This document shows positions 50,482-61,826 of a stretch of 64,000 bases of DNA, piece by piece. Origin of the DNA: an uncultured Verrucomicrobiae bacterium (GTDB lineage Bacteria; Verrucomicrobiota; Verrucomicrobiia; Palsa-1439); assembly GCA_963812605.1 (NCBI GenBank), contig CAWEWF010000014.1, forward strand, positions 224,001-288,000, given 5' to 3'. The notes below the pieces were generated by a model. It saw nothing but the letters and a program-made list of their open reading frames with translations, had not been told where the DNA came from and ran no database searches. Made by a program: the position numbers and the translations under genes. Every line of letters starts with the position of its first letter. Positions within the stretch are counted from its first letter, which is position 1.

Positions 50482-50757
50482 ATGGCCAACACACGTTCCG
50501 CAGCGAAACAAGCGCGCGCCAGCCTCCGCCGGGGGGCGCAAAACAAGTCGATTAAATCCCGGCTGCACACCCTGGAAAAGAAGTTTCTTACGGCCGTGGC
50601 GGCCAAGAAAACGGAAGACGCGAATGCGGTGTATCGGCTGCTGAGTTCCGCGCTCGACAAGGCGGCCAAGACCCGGGTGATCCATCGCAATAATGCTTCG
50701 CGGAAGAAGTCGCGGCTTTCCGTCCACCTGAGAACCGTAGCGGCCAAGAAGGCCTGA
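50482..50757 (+). CDS. rpsT: 30S ribosomal protein S20
   Basis: MANTRSA.K, LDKAA...VIH.N.ASRKKSRL. Confidence 0.96.
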   Translation: MANTRSAAKQARASLRRGAQNKSIKSRLHTLEKKFLTAVAAKKTEDANAVYRLLSSALDKAAKTRVIHRNNASRKKSRLSVHLRTVAAKKA

Positions 50758-50846
50758 CAAACCCTGTGTTCGGTGTCGGTTTCTGCTTGGCAGATTTCGT
50801 CGGACTCGGCTCTCCGTCCCCGTCGTGTGAGTTGACCGCATAGGCT

Positions 50847-50984
50847 CTAGCAGGTTGCCAAAGACGGAGCGAATTGACCGTCCGTGTTGTAGGCCGACTC
50901 TGTGAGTCGGCGAGTTTCCCAAGGATTTCGCCGCTTCGCAGAAGCGGCCTACAACCCGAAAGGCTTTTTTTAGCAACCTGCTAG
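50847..50984. mobile_element. 130-bp MITE flanked by CTAG, with internal REP doublet
   Basis: ctag|caggttgccaaa..tttagcaacctg|ctag; inside gttgtaggccgactctgtgagtcggc..gccgcttcgcagaagcggcctacaac. Confidence 0.8.
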
Positions 50985-51021
50985 AATCCCGGTTGGCTGG
51001 GAGATCCTCGCACAACATTGC

Positions 51022-51537
51022 TCACTGCCAGTTCTCCACCAACAGCCCCGTGACGCGCTTGGCGATGTCGTCGGCAACCAGCGGCAAGGCTTGTTCTTCC
51101 GAGCTCGTCTGATCTTCCCCGATAAAGACATCGGACCTGCCCTGCACCTCGGTGGATTTCAAGACCGTCTCACCCGTGCGGCGATCGGTGGCTTCGACGC
51201 GTACGGTGATAATGATTTCGTACTCGCGGGGCACGCCGGTGTCCGTGCGCAGGGAGCGCAACGCTTCGCGTTGGTATTTAATGATCGTGCCCTTGAGCAC
51301 CACGTCGGCGCGGGGCTCGGTTTCGATGCGCAGGGAACCGTCCTGCTGCAGCCGCTGGATGATGGCGTTGCTGATCTGCGCTTCGAGTTGTGGGCGGAGC
51401 GTGATGTTGCGGAATACCGGGACGGCGATCGAGTTGAAGTTCCGCTTCGTTACGGGGCCAACGTGATAGCCCGCGCAGCCAAAAGTGAAGAGACAGGCGA
51501 ACATCATCGCCACGGCAAGCGAGGCGCGGCGGCTCAT
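51022..51537 (-). CDS. lptE: LPS assembly lipoprotein
   Basis: Lipobox FGCAGY, I.VPVF.N, ADVVL.G.I; downstream of bamD. Confidence 0.8.
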   Translation of the reverse strand: MSRRASLAVAMMFACLFTFGCAGYHVGPVTKRNFNSIAVPVFRNITLRPQLEAQISNAIIQRLQQDGSLRIETEPRADVVLKGTIIKYQREALRSLRTDTGVPREYEIIITVRVEATDRRTGETVLKSTEVQGRSDVFIGEDQTSSEEQALPLVADDIAKRVTGLLVENWQ

Positions 51538-52523
51538 GGCGTGGCGGTCTTCTCCGCGGCAAGCGGCGAGAGCTTGGCGACTTTGTCCTTCGCCTGCGCG
51601 GCCCAGTTGGACTCGGGATTCTTTTCGATGACGTCGCTGTAGTAGATGAGCGCCGACCTGTATTGACGGTTCTTCTCGTAGAACTGGCCGATATGGAACA
51701 GTCCCCGGGCCTGCTCGCCCTTCAGCTCAATTTGATATTTCTCCGCGAGCGCAACCTTGTCGCTTTTCGGGTAGCGCAGCAGGAAATCGGTGAACGCGGC
51801 AATCGCCTGGTTCGCGGCGTTCTGATCGTATTCGGAGCGCGCTGACTCGCGCTTGTACTCCCAGCCGATTTGGAATTGCGCCGCCTCCGCGAGCGGCATT
51901 TTCGGGTAGCGTTCCAGTAGTTTCTCGTAGGCATGAACGGCGGCGAGGTAATCATGCTGTTTCTCGTACGCCAGCCCGATACGGAACTGCGATTCGGGGG
52001 CGACATCGCTGTACGGGCCATTCTTCACGACCTGCTCGTAGACCTCCACGGCGCGGTCGAGGGAAGGAAACCAGCGGATACCCCAGGCTTTTTGACGTTC
52101 CCCCGCGAGAAAGAGATTGCCGATTTCGAATTGTCGTTGCAGCACCGTATTGAAGTGGAGTGTATTGGGGTTCTTTTTGACGAGCTCCTGATAGACCTGA
52201 AACGCTTTGTAATGGTAGCCAATCGCGCCGTAGCATTCGGCCAGCCCAAGCCGCGCGTCCTGCGCCGAGGCGGACAGCGGCCAGCGACTGACGACGCGGC
52301 GATAAGCGGGGATCGCGTTGCGGTACTGTTTTTTGGCTTCCAGATCCTGCGCGAGCTTGAGTTGGTCGGCCGGATTCGTCCCGGTGGTAATGCCCTCGTG
52401 CTCCCAGGTCCACCCTTCGCCCCGACGCCAGATCAAGGCCGCAGAACCTTCCCCCGGCATGACGAAGGCAAACGCCATCACGCTGAGCAGAACGATGGCA
52501 ATTTTCTTGTGCAGACTCATCAT
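51534..52523 (-). CDS. bamD: Outer membrane assembly TPR protein
   Basis: TPR repeats, YDQ.....AI..F..F...YP.S, IG.FY......SA..YY..V. Confidence 0.82.
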   Translation of the reverse strand: MMSLHKKIAIVLLSVMAFAFVMPGEGSAALIWRRGEGWTWEHEGITTGTNPADQLKLAQDLEAKKQYRNAIPAYRRVVSRWPLSASAQDARLGLAECYGAIGYHYKAFQVYQELVKKNPNTLHFNTVLQRQFEIGNLFLAGERQKAWGIRWFPSLDRAVEVYEQVVKNGPYSDVAPESQFRIGLAYEKQHDYLAAVHAYEKLLERYPKMPLAEAAQFQIGWEYKRESARSEYDQNAANQAIAAFTDFLLRYPKSDKVALAEKYQIELKGEQARGLFHIGQFYEKNRQYRSALIYYSDVIEKNPESNWAAQAKDKVAKLSPLAAEKTATP

Positions 52524-52536
52524 GGTTTCGCGGCGC

Positions 52537-52565
52537 AGGCTACTACAACGCACTGTGAGCGTCAA
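52537..52565 (-). promoter_or_regulatory. bamD promoter
   Basis: TTGACG-17-TAGCCT. Confidence 0.5.
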
Positions 52566-52580
52566 GCAAGGTGGGAGGGT

Positions 52581-52713
52581 GGCGATGTCTTGATTTGCAT
52601 CCGCCAACTGTAGCCGAAGCGTAAGCTTCGGGAATCCGCATTGCTGCCACCGAAGCTTACGCTTCGGCTACAAAACACGAACGATGAGTGATGCGGCTAA
52701 TTAAGACACTACC
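52581..52713. mobile_element. 133-bp MITE-like element with internal REP doublet, copy 2
   Basis: Only a handful of substitutions versus 4280-4412. Confidence 0.85.
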
Positions 52714-52774
52714 GTGCGGGTACAAATCCGTAACGCGGATTGCGAGAATAATGCGATTAGCGCCATCGACTGGA

Positions 52775-52843
52775 GGTGGGGCGCGACCGCCGGGCGCGCC
52801 GCGTTGTTTGGGCGAACGGGCCGCCCGGCGGTCGGCCCCTACC
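52775..52843. repeat. REP doublet (REPIN-like)
   Basis: ggtggggcgcgaccgccgggcgcgcc..gggccgcccggcggtcggccctacc. Confidence 0.75.
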
Positions 52844-53163
52844 AACGGCATAAAAGGCGCGGTCATCCATTCTCCCGGGCAATGCCCAGATGCGCCGATA
52901 CCGGTCAGCTATTCATTATAGAATTGACCGAAAACGGGGCGAGTGGCAGAAGGGAAGGGTGAGGTATCAATCGACAGGCGATTTTTCAGACGATAGGGAC
53001 GAATTGTTTGATAATGAGACCTGACCCCATTCCATTTCAAAGAGATGACCACAAGTAAAAACAACCTGGGACTTACCTCAGTCGAGGCGCGACTGACGGC
53101 GACTCTACTGATCAGCTCGGGCCTGTCTGTCTCGTATGTACAACAGCAATTCGCCGAAGGTAG

Positions 53164-53421
53164 ATTCACGAAGTATTTATCCGGAAGATACCTAGCACAG
53201 TAATAAATCTTGGTGAGTTAGAATTTCCGTTTCCTGTCGATCCTTCCGATTCAATTGTCGCCGAAATGGAATTCGAGTTGGACAAACAGTATGTCGAATT
53301 GTTGTTATTAAGGTACGACACAGGGAAATGTGAGATCGAAATTAATGTGAGCGGAAATTCCTTGCCATGGGAAGGGACCCACTTCCCTGATATATTCAAA
53401 ATATACTTAAAAACTCCGTAA
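53164..53421 (+). pseudogene. AT-rich start-less reading frame fragment (85 aa)
   Basis: IHEVFIRKIPSTVINLGELEFPFPVD..FPDIFKIYLKTP*; preceded in frame by TAG; low GC. Confidence 0.4.
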
Positions 53422-53500
53422 CATTAGTTGAAAGGGTCAGTCATTGACTATTGACAATGCGGTCATTCGGTTTACCGCATTTATTATTACGGCGCGCGGT

Positions 53501-55963
53501 TCAATCGGTCAGATGAATGGAGACGGTGTGCGATTGCGCTATTGGCGCGGAAGGCAGGTTGATGTGTAGGAGTTTTGCCGCGGTGTCGGTAACGTAACCG
53601 GACAGGGCAGTTGCCGAGGTGCTTTGGTTGGCGAGGTTCTTGAGAGAAGCGCCATCGGCGGTGACGCTGGTGACGGGATTTGTGCAGAAGAGTTCGATGT
53701 TCCACGCGCGTTGGGTCGGTTGACCAGCGTAGGTGCCGACGGCGCCGGCGATGTTGATGGAGACGTTGTTGCGCGAGGATGTCGCTTGAACCTTGGTGGT
53801 GGCGGATTCGTTCTTGCGATAGCCATTGGACGCACCGTCATCGTCGTAAACCGTACCCACCGCCGTCGTGCTGCAATAAATACGCAGTCCGCGGCTGAGA
53901 GCCATCGTCGAACTGGCTCGAGGCGACGTCCGGACCGAGCGGCGTGATGGAGTTGTCACGATAAAAGGCCGGGATTTGTGTCAGCGGCGCGGGCCAGTTG
54001 GTCGTCACCGGCCCGGTGACGGATTGTCCGCTCCACAGGTCGATCCAGGATCCGGAGGGGAGGTAGATGGAACGTGAGGTCATGTCCTGGGTGGTGACGG
54101 GCGCGACCAGGATGTTCGGCCCGAACATGAATTGCGTTCCGTTGAGGACGACGTTCGTATCGTGTGGGAAAGCCAGCGGCAAGGCGCGACACATCGGCAT
54201 CCCCGTGTCGAAGGTCTCCCGCGCCGTCGTGTAAATATACGGCAGCAACCGATACCGCAGTTTCAGCATGGTGCGGCAGCGCTCCAGCACCTGCGGGCCG
54301 AATTCGTAGGGCGCGGTGGGTTTCCGATCCACGCCGTGGGCGCGGAACACGGGGCAGAAGGCGCCGAACTGAAACCAGCGGACATACAACTCCGGGCTCG
54401 GCTGGCCGGTGAATCCGCCAATGTCGCTGCCAAAATAACTCATGCCCGACAACCCATAATTGCACAGCGCGTTCAGGTGAGCGGCGAGCGTTTGCCAGTT
54501 CGAGCGCGTGTCGTTGGTCCAATGTCCGACGCCGAAGCGCTGGTCGCCGGCGAAAACCGGAGCGACTGAGGATGTAGAGACGCCTGTTCGGATAATATGT
54601 CGCGAATCCATCCGCCAGCGCCTGGTGCCACAGCAGATTGTACACGTTGTGGATTTCCGACTCGCGGCGTCCGCCATAAAGATAATCGGAGCGCCGGTCC
54701 TGCTCCGGCTCGCCGAGGTCGGTCCAGAAGCCCGCGATGCCGTCGTCGACGAGGGGTTTGATTTTGGTGAACCACCAGCGGCGCGCGTCGGGGTTGAGAA
54801 AGTCGACATACCCGGCCGTGTCGAAGAAGCCTTCGCTTTCCAGCAGGCTGGGCGCGGTCATCTCTTCATTGGTGGAGACGAGATAATGCTGCGCGGCCGC
54901 CTGGTCGAAATTGGCTTTCGCGGGTGGATTGTCGCGGTTGACGTATTCCTCGTGAATGTTGATGACCTTGATGCCCGAAGCCGCGAGCGCGGTGAGATTG
55001 CTGGAGGCATCCGGAAAGTTCGTCGGGTTCCATGTCAGCGCGCCCATTTGGTTGGCCCGTCCCCACCAGTAGAGGTCCAGAATCAACGTGTCGCAGGGGA
55101 GGTCGTTGGAGCGGAAGGCATCGCGCGCGGCATACATCTGCGACCAGTTGCGGTAGCCGTAGCGGGACTGCATGTACCCGAGCGCCCAGCGCGGCGGCAA
55201 TGGCGACCGTCCCGTGATCTGCGTGTAACGGTCGAGCGCATCGGCGAGCCCGTCGGCGCCGATGAAGTAGTAATCTAATTCCCCGCCGGTGACCGTTGCG
55301 CGCCAGTTTGTGCCATCGGTGCAAATGAAATCCCACAGTTGTGAGAACGTGTTGTCCAAGAAGAGCCCGTAACCTTTCGACGAGAGGACGAATGGCACCG
55401 CCATGTCGGTCATCGCGCCGAACTGGAAGCGGGCGCGGTCATTGTACAGGGACCGGATCTGACCGCGATAGCTCAGCGGCTGTCCCAGTACCAACCCGAG
55501 TCCATAAAACTGTTCTCCAGGTGCCATCTGGAAGGTGGCGCTGCGATTGGTCAACAGGTCGTTCTCGGAAGCAGAGAATGCGGCGGAACTGGCGCCATCG
55601 AGCCAGACGGTCCCGTCCGGCTTGCGAAAAGTCAGGTGAAACGGGTTTTTCGTTACCTCCACTCGAAGACCGGAAGTCGGTAACGGTCAGGGAGGCGCCG
55701 TCGACCACGGAGATGGGGGGACGCGCCCACTGTTTGACCACGGTAAACGAGGCGTTCGTGCTGAAAGCAAACCCGATGGGCTCCATGCGTACACGCGCCA
55801 CGTTTGCGTCCACCAATTCCAGCTTAACGACCGCCGTTTCGCACGTGAACGTGAGTTCATTGAGCGAGTTGCTGTGCCACGAGATCACATTGCCCGGATC
55901 CGCAGCACAGAGAGTGGGTAAACTGAGCAAAACAGCATACGCGAGCTTCGCCATCGGTTTCAT
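53501..55963 (-). CDS. Secreted GH31 glycoside hydrolase (three apparent frameshifts)
   Basis: PP.WALGY.QSR.GY, LDLYW, FWTDLGEP, WTND, GSDIGGF, ELYVRW.QFG, LLPYIYT; shifts near 55665, 54560, 53900. Confidence 0.9.
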
Positions 55964-56047
55964 AGAAAGCGGATTGTCCAGTACGGTCGGCAAAAAGGCA
56001 ACGCTGGACTGGACAAGGGAACATCGGGCGTGCGATATGTCGCACCC

Positions 56048-56705
56048 ATGGGCACCGACGTGCACGTCCGCCCCTACGAAGCGCGCGACCGCGCCGCCGT
56101 GCGCCAAATCTGCGCTGACACGGCCGATGCCGGACAGCCAGTGGAGAGTTTTTTCCCGGACCGGGAAGTCTTCGCCGATTTGCTGACGAACTACTATACA
56201 CAGTTTGAGCCGCAATCGACGTTTATCGCGGACAACGACGGCGAAGTGGTCGGTTACCTCACCGGATGCCTCGACACAAAACGGTTTCTGAGCACGATGA
56301 AATGGCGGATCGTCCCGGTGAGTTTTCGTCAAAGCGTTATTGCGAGGTACGCTGTGGCATCCGCAGACCGTGCGTCTTCTGCGCGTCAATCTCGGGCTGT
56401 GGCTGAAAAGTGGGCATCGGACCGGCCCGACGCTTGACGATTATCCGGCGCATTTGCATGTAAATCTTCGGAAAGGCTTCCGCGGTCAACAGTTGGGGCA
56501 ACAGCTGGTGGCGGCGTTTTGCGAACGGGCCCGCGCCGCGGGTGTGCGCGGGGTGCATGCGGGCGTGAGCGCGGAGAACGCGCCGGCGCGCCACTTCTTT
56601 GAGCAATTGGGTTTTGCGGAACTACGGCGCGAACCACGTCTCCGCAAGCCCGATGGCTCCGGCGACATCCTGTACACGATCCTCTATGGCAAGAAGCTTG
56701 GTTGA
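56048..56705 (+). CDS. GNAT acetyltransferase (one apparent frameshift)
   Basis: VRPY...DR.AV..IC..T; YPAHLHVNL...RG..LG..L; N..A..FF..LGF; shift near 56320. Confidence 0.85.
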
Positions 56706-56767
56706 TCTTGACGGCGAGCATTTTACTTGAGGAATCCAGCCGCTCATCGTTATGATAGCTTGCTGAT

Positions 56768-57061
56768 ATGGCGAATGATACCGACCAGTTTGACGTGGGA
56801 TATGTGGCCCATTTGGCGCGCCTGCACCTGACCGACGCGGAGAAACAGAAGATCTCCGCGCAGCTCAAAGACATCCTGGCGTATGTTGCCAAGCTCAATG
56901 AACTGGATGTCTCGGAAGTGGAACCTACCGCGCACGCCACGCCGCTGATGAATATTGTCCGTCCCGACGAGGTGCGGCCGTCGATTGACCGCGCCACGGT
57001 ACTCAAGAACGCGCCGGAGCAGGCCCGTGACTTGTTCATTGTCCCGAAGATTGTCGAATGA
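56768..57061 (+). CDS. gatC: Asp/Glu-tRNA amidotransferase subunit C
   Basis: VAHLARL, VEPT.H, R.DEV, NAP....F.VPKI. Confidence 0.95.
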   Translation: MANDTDQFDVGYVAHLARLHLTDAEKQKISAQLKDILAYVAKLNELDVSEVEPTAHATPLMNIVRPDEVRPSIDRATVLKNAPEQARDLFIVPKIVE

Positions 57062-58516
57062 GCCTGCACACGCTGACGATCCATCAACTCCGCGAGAAGT
57101 TGCGGCGCGGCGAGGTGTCCGCCCGCGAGGCGACGCAATCGTTGCTCGACCGTATTCAGTCCGTCGACAGCAAGCTGAAAGCCTACCTGTGGCTTAATGC
57201 TGAGGACGCGCTCGCGCAGGCTGACGCGATCGATCGCAGCGGCATCGCGAAAAATGGCAAGCTTCTGGGCGGCGTCCCCATCGCCATCAAGGATGTGATC
57301 AACGTCGAAGGTCAACCCTGCACGTGTGCCTCCAAAATTCTCAAGGGGCACACCTCGGTGTACGACGCCTTTGTGGTGCAGCGGTTGCGCGAGGCGGGCG
57401 CGATTCTGCTGGGACGCACCAACATGGACGAGTTTGCGATGGGAAGTTCCACGGAGAACTCGAGTTGGGGCATCACGCACAATCCATGGGACCTGGAGCG
57501 GATTCCCGGGCGGTTCCAGCGGCGGCAGCGCGGCAGCGGTAGCGGCGGATGAGGCGTTTGCGGCGCTTGGCAGCGACACAGGCGGATCGATTCGTCAGCC
57601 GGCATCGCTCTGCGGTTGCGTGGGGTTCAAACCGACCTATGGTCGTGTCTCACGCTACGGGCTTGTGGCATTCGCATCGTCGCTGGACCAGGTCGGGCCG
57701 TTCACGAAGGATGTCGCCGACAGTGCATTGATGCTGCGGGTGCTGGCGGGTCGCGATTTGCAGGACTCAACGAGTGTCCCATGGCCGGTGCCCGATTACA
57801 CAACGGTGCTGGGGAAGGGCGTGAAGGGGCTGCGCATCGGGTTGCCGAAGGAGTATTTTATTGACGGCATGAATCGCGAAGTGGAAGCAGCCGTGCGCAC
57901 GGCGATCAAGAAGTTGCAGGAGTTGGGTGCGGAGGTGGTCGAGATTTCCCTGCCGCACACCGATTACGCGGTAGCGGTATATTATTTGATCGCGACGGCG
58001 GAGGCGAGTGCGAACTTGGCGCGGTTCGATGGGGTGCGATACGGGGCGCGTGTTGCGGGCGAGGATGTCATCGATATGTATGGCAAGACGCGCGGCGCGG
58101 GATTTGGGCCCGAGGTGAAGCGACGGATCATCCTCGGCACCTATGCGTTGAGCGCGGGCTACCACGATGAATATTATGTGCGCGCACAGAAAGTGCGGAC
58201 ACTCATTCGCAAGGATTTTACGAAAGAGTTTGAGCGATGCGATGCCATCGTGACGCCAACATCACCGGAAGTGGCCTTCCGCATTGGTGAAAAGACGGAC
58301 GATCCCCTCAAAATGTACCTCAGCGACATTTTCACGATCGGCGCGAACCTGGCGGGTATCTGCGGCGTGAGCCTACCCTGTGGCTTTACGAGCAATCCGC
58401 GCCTTCCCATCGGCTTGCAGGTTCTGGGCGATTCAGGCCGTGAGGAGACGGTTCTGCGCGTAGCGCACGCCTACGAGCAGGCAACCGATTGGCATAAGGC
58501 GCGGCCGAATTTATAG
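57058..58516 (+). CDS. gatA: Asp/Glu-tRNA amidotransferase subunit A (frameshift near 57508)
   Basis: [49 protein letters not shown]. Confidence 0.95.
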
Positions 58517-58520
58517 TGTT

Positions 58521-59951
58521 ATGCAATACGAAGCGGTCATAGGGTTGGAAGTTCACGTGCAGCTCAAGACCAAGAGCAAGATGTTCTGTGGCTGCACCAC
58601 GGAGTTTGGTGCGCCGCCGAACACCCAGGTATGTCCCGTCTGTCTCGGGTATCCCGGGGTGTTGCCCGTCATTAATGAAGAAGCTGTGAGCAAAACGCTC
58701 CTGACGGGTCTAATGATTGGAAGTAAAGTTACCGGGTTTAGCAAGTGGGACCGAAAGAGTTACTTTTATCCCGACATGCCAAAGAACTACCAGATTTCGC
58801 AGTATGATTTGCCGCTCTGCACGGGAGGCACGGTGGCGATCAAGCTGGATGACGGAAAGACGAAGGCCATCGGCGTTACGAGGGCGCATCTTGAGGAGGA
58901 TGTTGCCAAAAACACGCACTTTGAGACCACCAGTGGCGTGGATTTCAACCGCGCTGGCCTGCCACTCATGGAGATCGTGAGCGAACCCGACATGAACTCG
59001 CCCGATGAAGCGTTCGCCTATATTACCGCGCTCAAGGAAATCCTTATCAGCGGCGGGATCAGCGATTGCGACATGGAAAAGGGCCAAATGCGGTGCGACT
59101 CCAATGTGTCGGTGCGGCCGGTCGGCCAGAAAGAGCTTGGCGAGAAGGTCGAAATCAAGAACATGAACACAATCTCGGGGGTGCGGCGCGCCCTGGCGTA
59201 TGAGATCCACCGCCAGACGGCGGCCCTGCAGAAGGGCGAAAAGATTTCCCAGGAAACGCGGCGTTGGGACGACGCGGCGGGCCGGACCTTCGTGATGCGC
59301 ACGAAGGAATACGCCCACGACTACCGCTATTTCCCCGATCCAGACCTGATGCCGGTGGTGGTCGATGATGAAATGATTGAAGAGTTAAGGAAGTTGTTGC
59401 CCGAATTGCCAGAGGCGAAGCGGCAGCGTTTTATCAAGCAATACGGCCTGCCGGAGTACGATGCCGGCGTGTTGGTTGCAGACGCGGCCCTGGCGGGTTA
59501 CTATGAGAACGCGGCGGCGAGATCGAAGAATCCAAAGGCAATTTCGAACTGGGTCATGACGGAGTTGCTTGGTAAACTTGCTGAAGCGAAAAGGACGATT
59601 GGCGAGTGCGCCATCCAACCGGAACAGCTCGCCGAACTGGTGGCATTGATCGATGGCGGACAGATTAGCGGCAAGATCGGCAAGGAAGTGTTTGTGGAGA
59701 TGTTCGACAGCGGAAAAAGCCCCGGCCTGATTGTGAAGGAGAAGGGACTGGTCCAGGTTAGCGATACCGGTGCGCTGGAGGGATTCGTAAACGAAGCAAT
59801 TGCCAAGAACCCCAAATCCGTGGCAGACTTCCGGGCGGGGAACGAAGGAGCGATCAACTTCCTGAAGGGGCAGGTCATGAAGTTGAGCAAGGGGAAGGCG
59901 AATCCGCAACTTGTCGGTGAAATCCTGCAAAAGAAATTGGAGAGTAGTTAA
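58521..59951 (+). CDS. gatB: Asp/Glu-tRNA amidotransferase subunit B
   Basis: GLEVH.QL, YFYPD.PK.YQISQ, HLEED, YRYFPDPDL. Confidence 0.97.
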   Translation: MQYEAVIGLEVHVQLKTKSKMFCGCTTEFGAPPNTQVCPVCLGYPGVLPVINEEAVSKTLLTGLMIGSKVTGFSKWDRKSYFYPDMPKNYQISQYDLPLCTGGTVAIKLDDGKTKAIGVTRAHLEEDVAKNTHFETTSGVDFNRAGLPLMEIVSEPDMNSPDEAFAYITALKEILISGGISDCDMEKGQMRCDSNVSVRPVGQKELGEKVEIKNMNTISGVRRALAYEIHRQTAALQKGEKISQETRRWDDAAGRTFVMRTKEYAHDYRYFPDPDLMPVVVDDEMIEELRKLLPELPEAKRQRFIKQYGLPEYDAGVLVADAALAGYYENAAARSKNPKAISNWVMTELLGKLAEAKRTIGECAIQPEQLAELVALIDGGQISGKIGKEVFVEMFDSGKSPGLIVKEKGLVQVSDTGALEGFVNEAIAKNPKSVADFRAGNEGAINFLKGQVMKLSKGKANPQLVGEILQKKLESS

Positions 59952-60000
59952 ATGGCTGCTCAACCTATTTACGGTTCGTGGGTTGTGACGATCCGACATC

Positions 60001-60029
60001 TTGACGGGTCGGGGCGCAGGCAGTACTGT
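60001..60029 (+). promoter_or_regulatory. Promoter of the pilus operon
   Basis: TTGACG-17-TACTGT. Confidence 0.45.
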
Positions 60030-60060
60030 TCGAGGGAACCGCTGCAGTCTCGAGAAGGAT

Positions 60061-61779
60061 ATGCCGGCTCAAGACGAATATATTGTTGAGATTCTCCGCG
60101 ACGTTGGGCTCGTTTCGCACGAAGACATCCTGAAGGCGAAGGAACGGTCCAAAGCGGAAGAGGTGGGGATTGTCGATGCGCTCATCCTCATGGGTCGCGT
60201 CAGCCAAAAAGACGTGTCCAAGGCGCTGGCCAGCCAGTTCAACATGGACATGATCGAACTCGCGGAATACCGCGTTCCCGACGACATTATCGCCCTCGTA
60301 CCGAAGCACGTTGCCCGCCGCTACAAGATTGTCCCCGTTGGTAAACACGAGAACACGCTCACGGTCGCCATCAGTGACCCGATGGATGTCGATACGGTGG
60401 ACAGCCTGCGCTACATCCTGCGGATGAACGTGGAGCCGGTCATCGCCACCAAGACCGACATCGAGAACTCCATCACCCGCTATTACGGCAGCGCCGACGA
60501 TACCGTCGAGAACATGCTGCAGGAGATTACCGAAGGCGAAGTGGACTTCGGCCTGCCGACGAACAAGGCGGCCCAGACGAAGCTCGAAGACATCGCCGAA
60601 ACGGACGCGGACGCGCCCATCATCAAACTCGTCGGTTTGGTGATCATGGAGGCCTATCGGAACCGGGCGAGCGATATTCACATAGAGCCGCTGGAAAAGC
60701 GGCTGCGCGTGCGGTATCGCATCGACGGCGTGCTGCAAGAAGTGGACAACCCCCCGAAGCGGTTGCAGGCCTCGATTATCAGTCGCCTCAAGATCATGTC
60801 CAACATGAGTATCGCCGAGAAGCGCGTTCCTCAGGACGGTCGTATCCAGATTCCGGTGATGGGCCGCACGCTGGATCTGCGCGTATCCTGTCTGCCCACC
60901 AATCACGGGGAAAGCATCGTCATGCGTATTCTCGACAAGACCAGCCTGCTGCTCGGGCTGGGCGACCTTGGGTTTTTCAGCGACGATCAGGAGACGATGT
61001 CCAAGATCATCAATATGCCCGACGGCGTTTTCCTGGTGACGGGCCCCACCGGCTCCGGCAAGACCACCACGCTGTATGGCTGCTTGAATGAAATCAACAA
61101 GCCCGACCGCAAGATTATTACCGTCGAAGACCCGGTGGAATACCAACTCGGCGGCATCAACCAGGTGCAGGTCAATGCGGACATCAACCTGACGTTCGCC
61201 GCCGCCTTGCGCTCGATCCTGCGCCAGGCGCCGAACGTGATCATGATCGGTGAAATTCGCGATTTGGAAACGGCGAACATCGCCGTGCAGGCGGCGCTGA
61301 CGGGTCACCTGGTGTTTTCGACGCTGCACACGAACGACGCGCCCTCGGCTGTGACGCGTATCGTCGACATGGGCGTGAAGCCGTTCCTGGTCGCCTCCGC
61401 GGTCAAGGCGATCATGGCGCAGCGGCTCATTCGCAAAGTCTGCCCAAAGTGCCGCGTTCCCTACATGCCGACTGACTATGAGATGGAAGTGCTCAAACTG
61501 AATCCCGACGAGATGAAGAACGCCACCATGGTGCGCGGCAACGGTTGTAATGAATGCTCGAGGACGGGCTACCGCGGACGCATGGGTATTTACGAGATTT
61601 TTTCGGTCGACGATGAAGTGCGGCGGCTGATTTACGAAAAAGTGCCCTCGAACGTCATTCGCGCGCGCGCCCGAGAGTTGGGGATGCGGACATTGCGCGA
61701 GGACGGGGTTCGCAAAATCATGGCGGGCATCACCACGCCCGAAGAGGTCATTTCCATCACGGCGGGCGATGAAGGGTAA
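60061..61779 (+). CDS. pilB: Type IV pilus / T2SS extension ATPase (PilB/GspE)
   Basis: [33 protein letters not shown], CxxC..CxxC. Confidence 0.9.
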   Translation: MPAQDEYIVEILRDVGLVSHEDILKAKERSKAEEVGIVDALILMGRVSQKDVSKALASQFNMDMIELAEYRVPDDIIALVPKHVARRYKIVPVGKHENTLTVAISDPMDVDTVDSLRYILRMNVEPVIATKTDIENSITRYYGSADDTVENMLQEITEGEVDFGLPTNKAAQTKLEDIAETDADAPIIKLVGLVIMEAYRNRASDIHIEPLEKRLRVRYRIDGVLQEVDNPPKRLQASIISRLKIMSNMSIAEKRVPQDGRIQIPVMGRTLDLRVSCLPTNHGESIVMRILDKTSLLLGLGDLGFFSDDQETMSKIINMPDGVFLVTGPTGSGKTTTLYGCLNEINKPDRKIITVEDPVEYQLGGINQVQVNADINLTFAAALRSILRQAPNVIMIGEIRDLETANIAVQAALTGHLVFSTLHTNDAPSAVTRIVDMGVKPFLVASAVKAIMAQRLIRKVCPKCRVPYMPTDYEMEVLKLNPDEMKNATMVRGNGCNECSRTGYRGRMGIYEIFSVDDEVRRLIYEKVPSNVIRARARELGMRTLREDGVRKIMAGITTPEEVISITAGDEG

Positions 61780-61826
61780 GATGCACCTGGCCCGATAAAC
61801 AGGTTGAAGAACGGAGAGAGTTGCTT

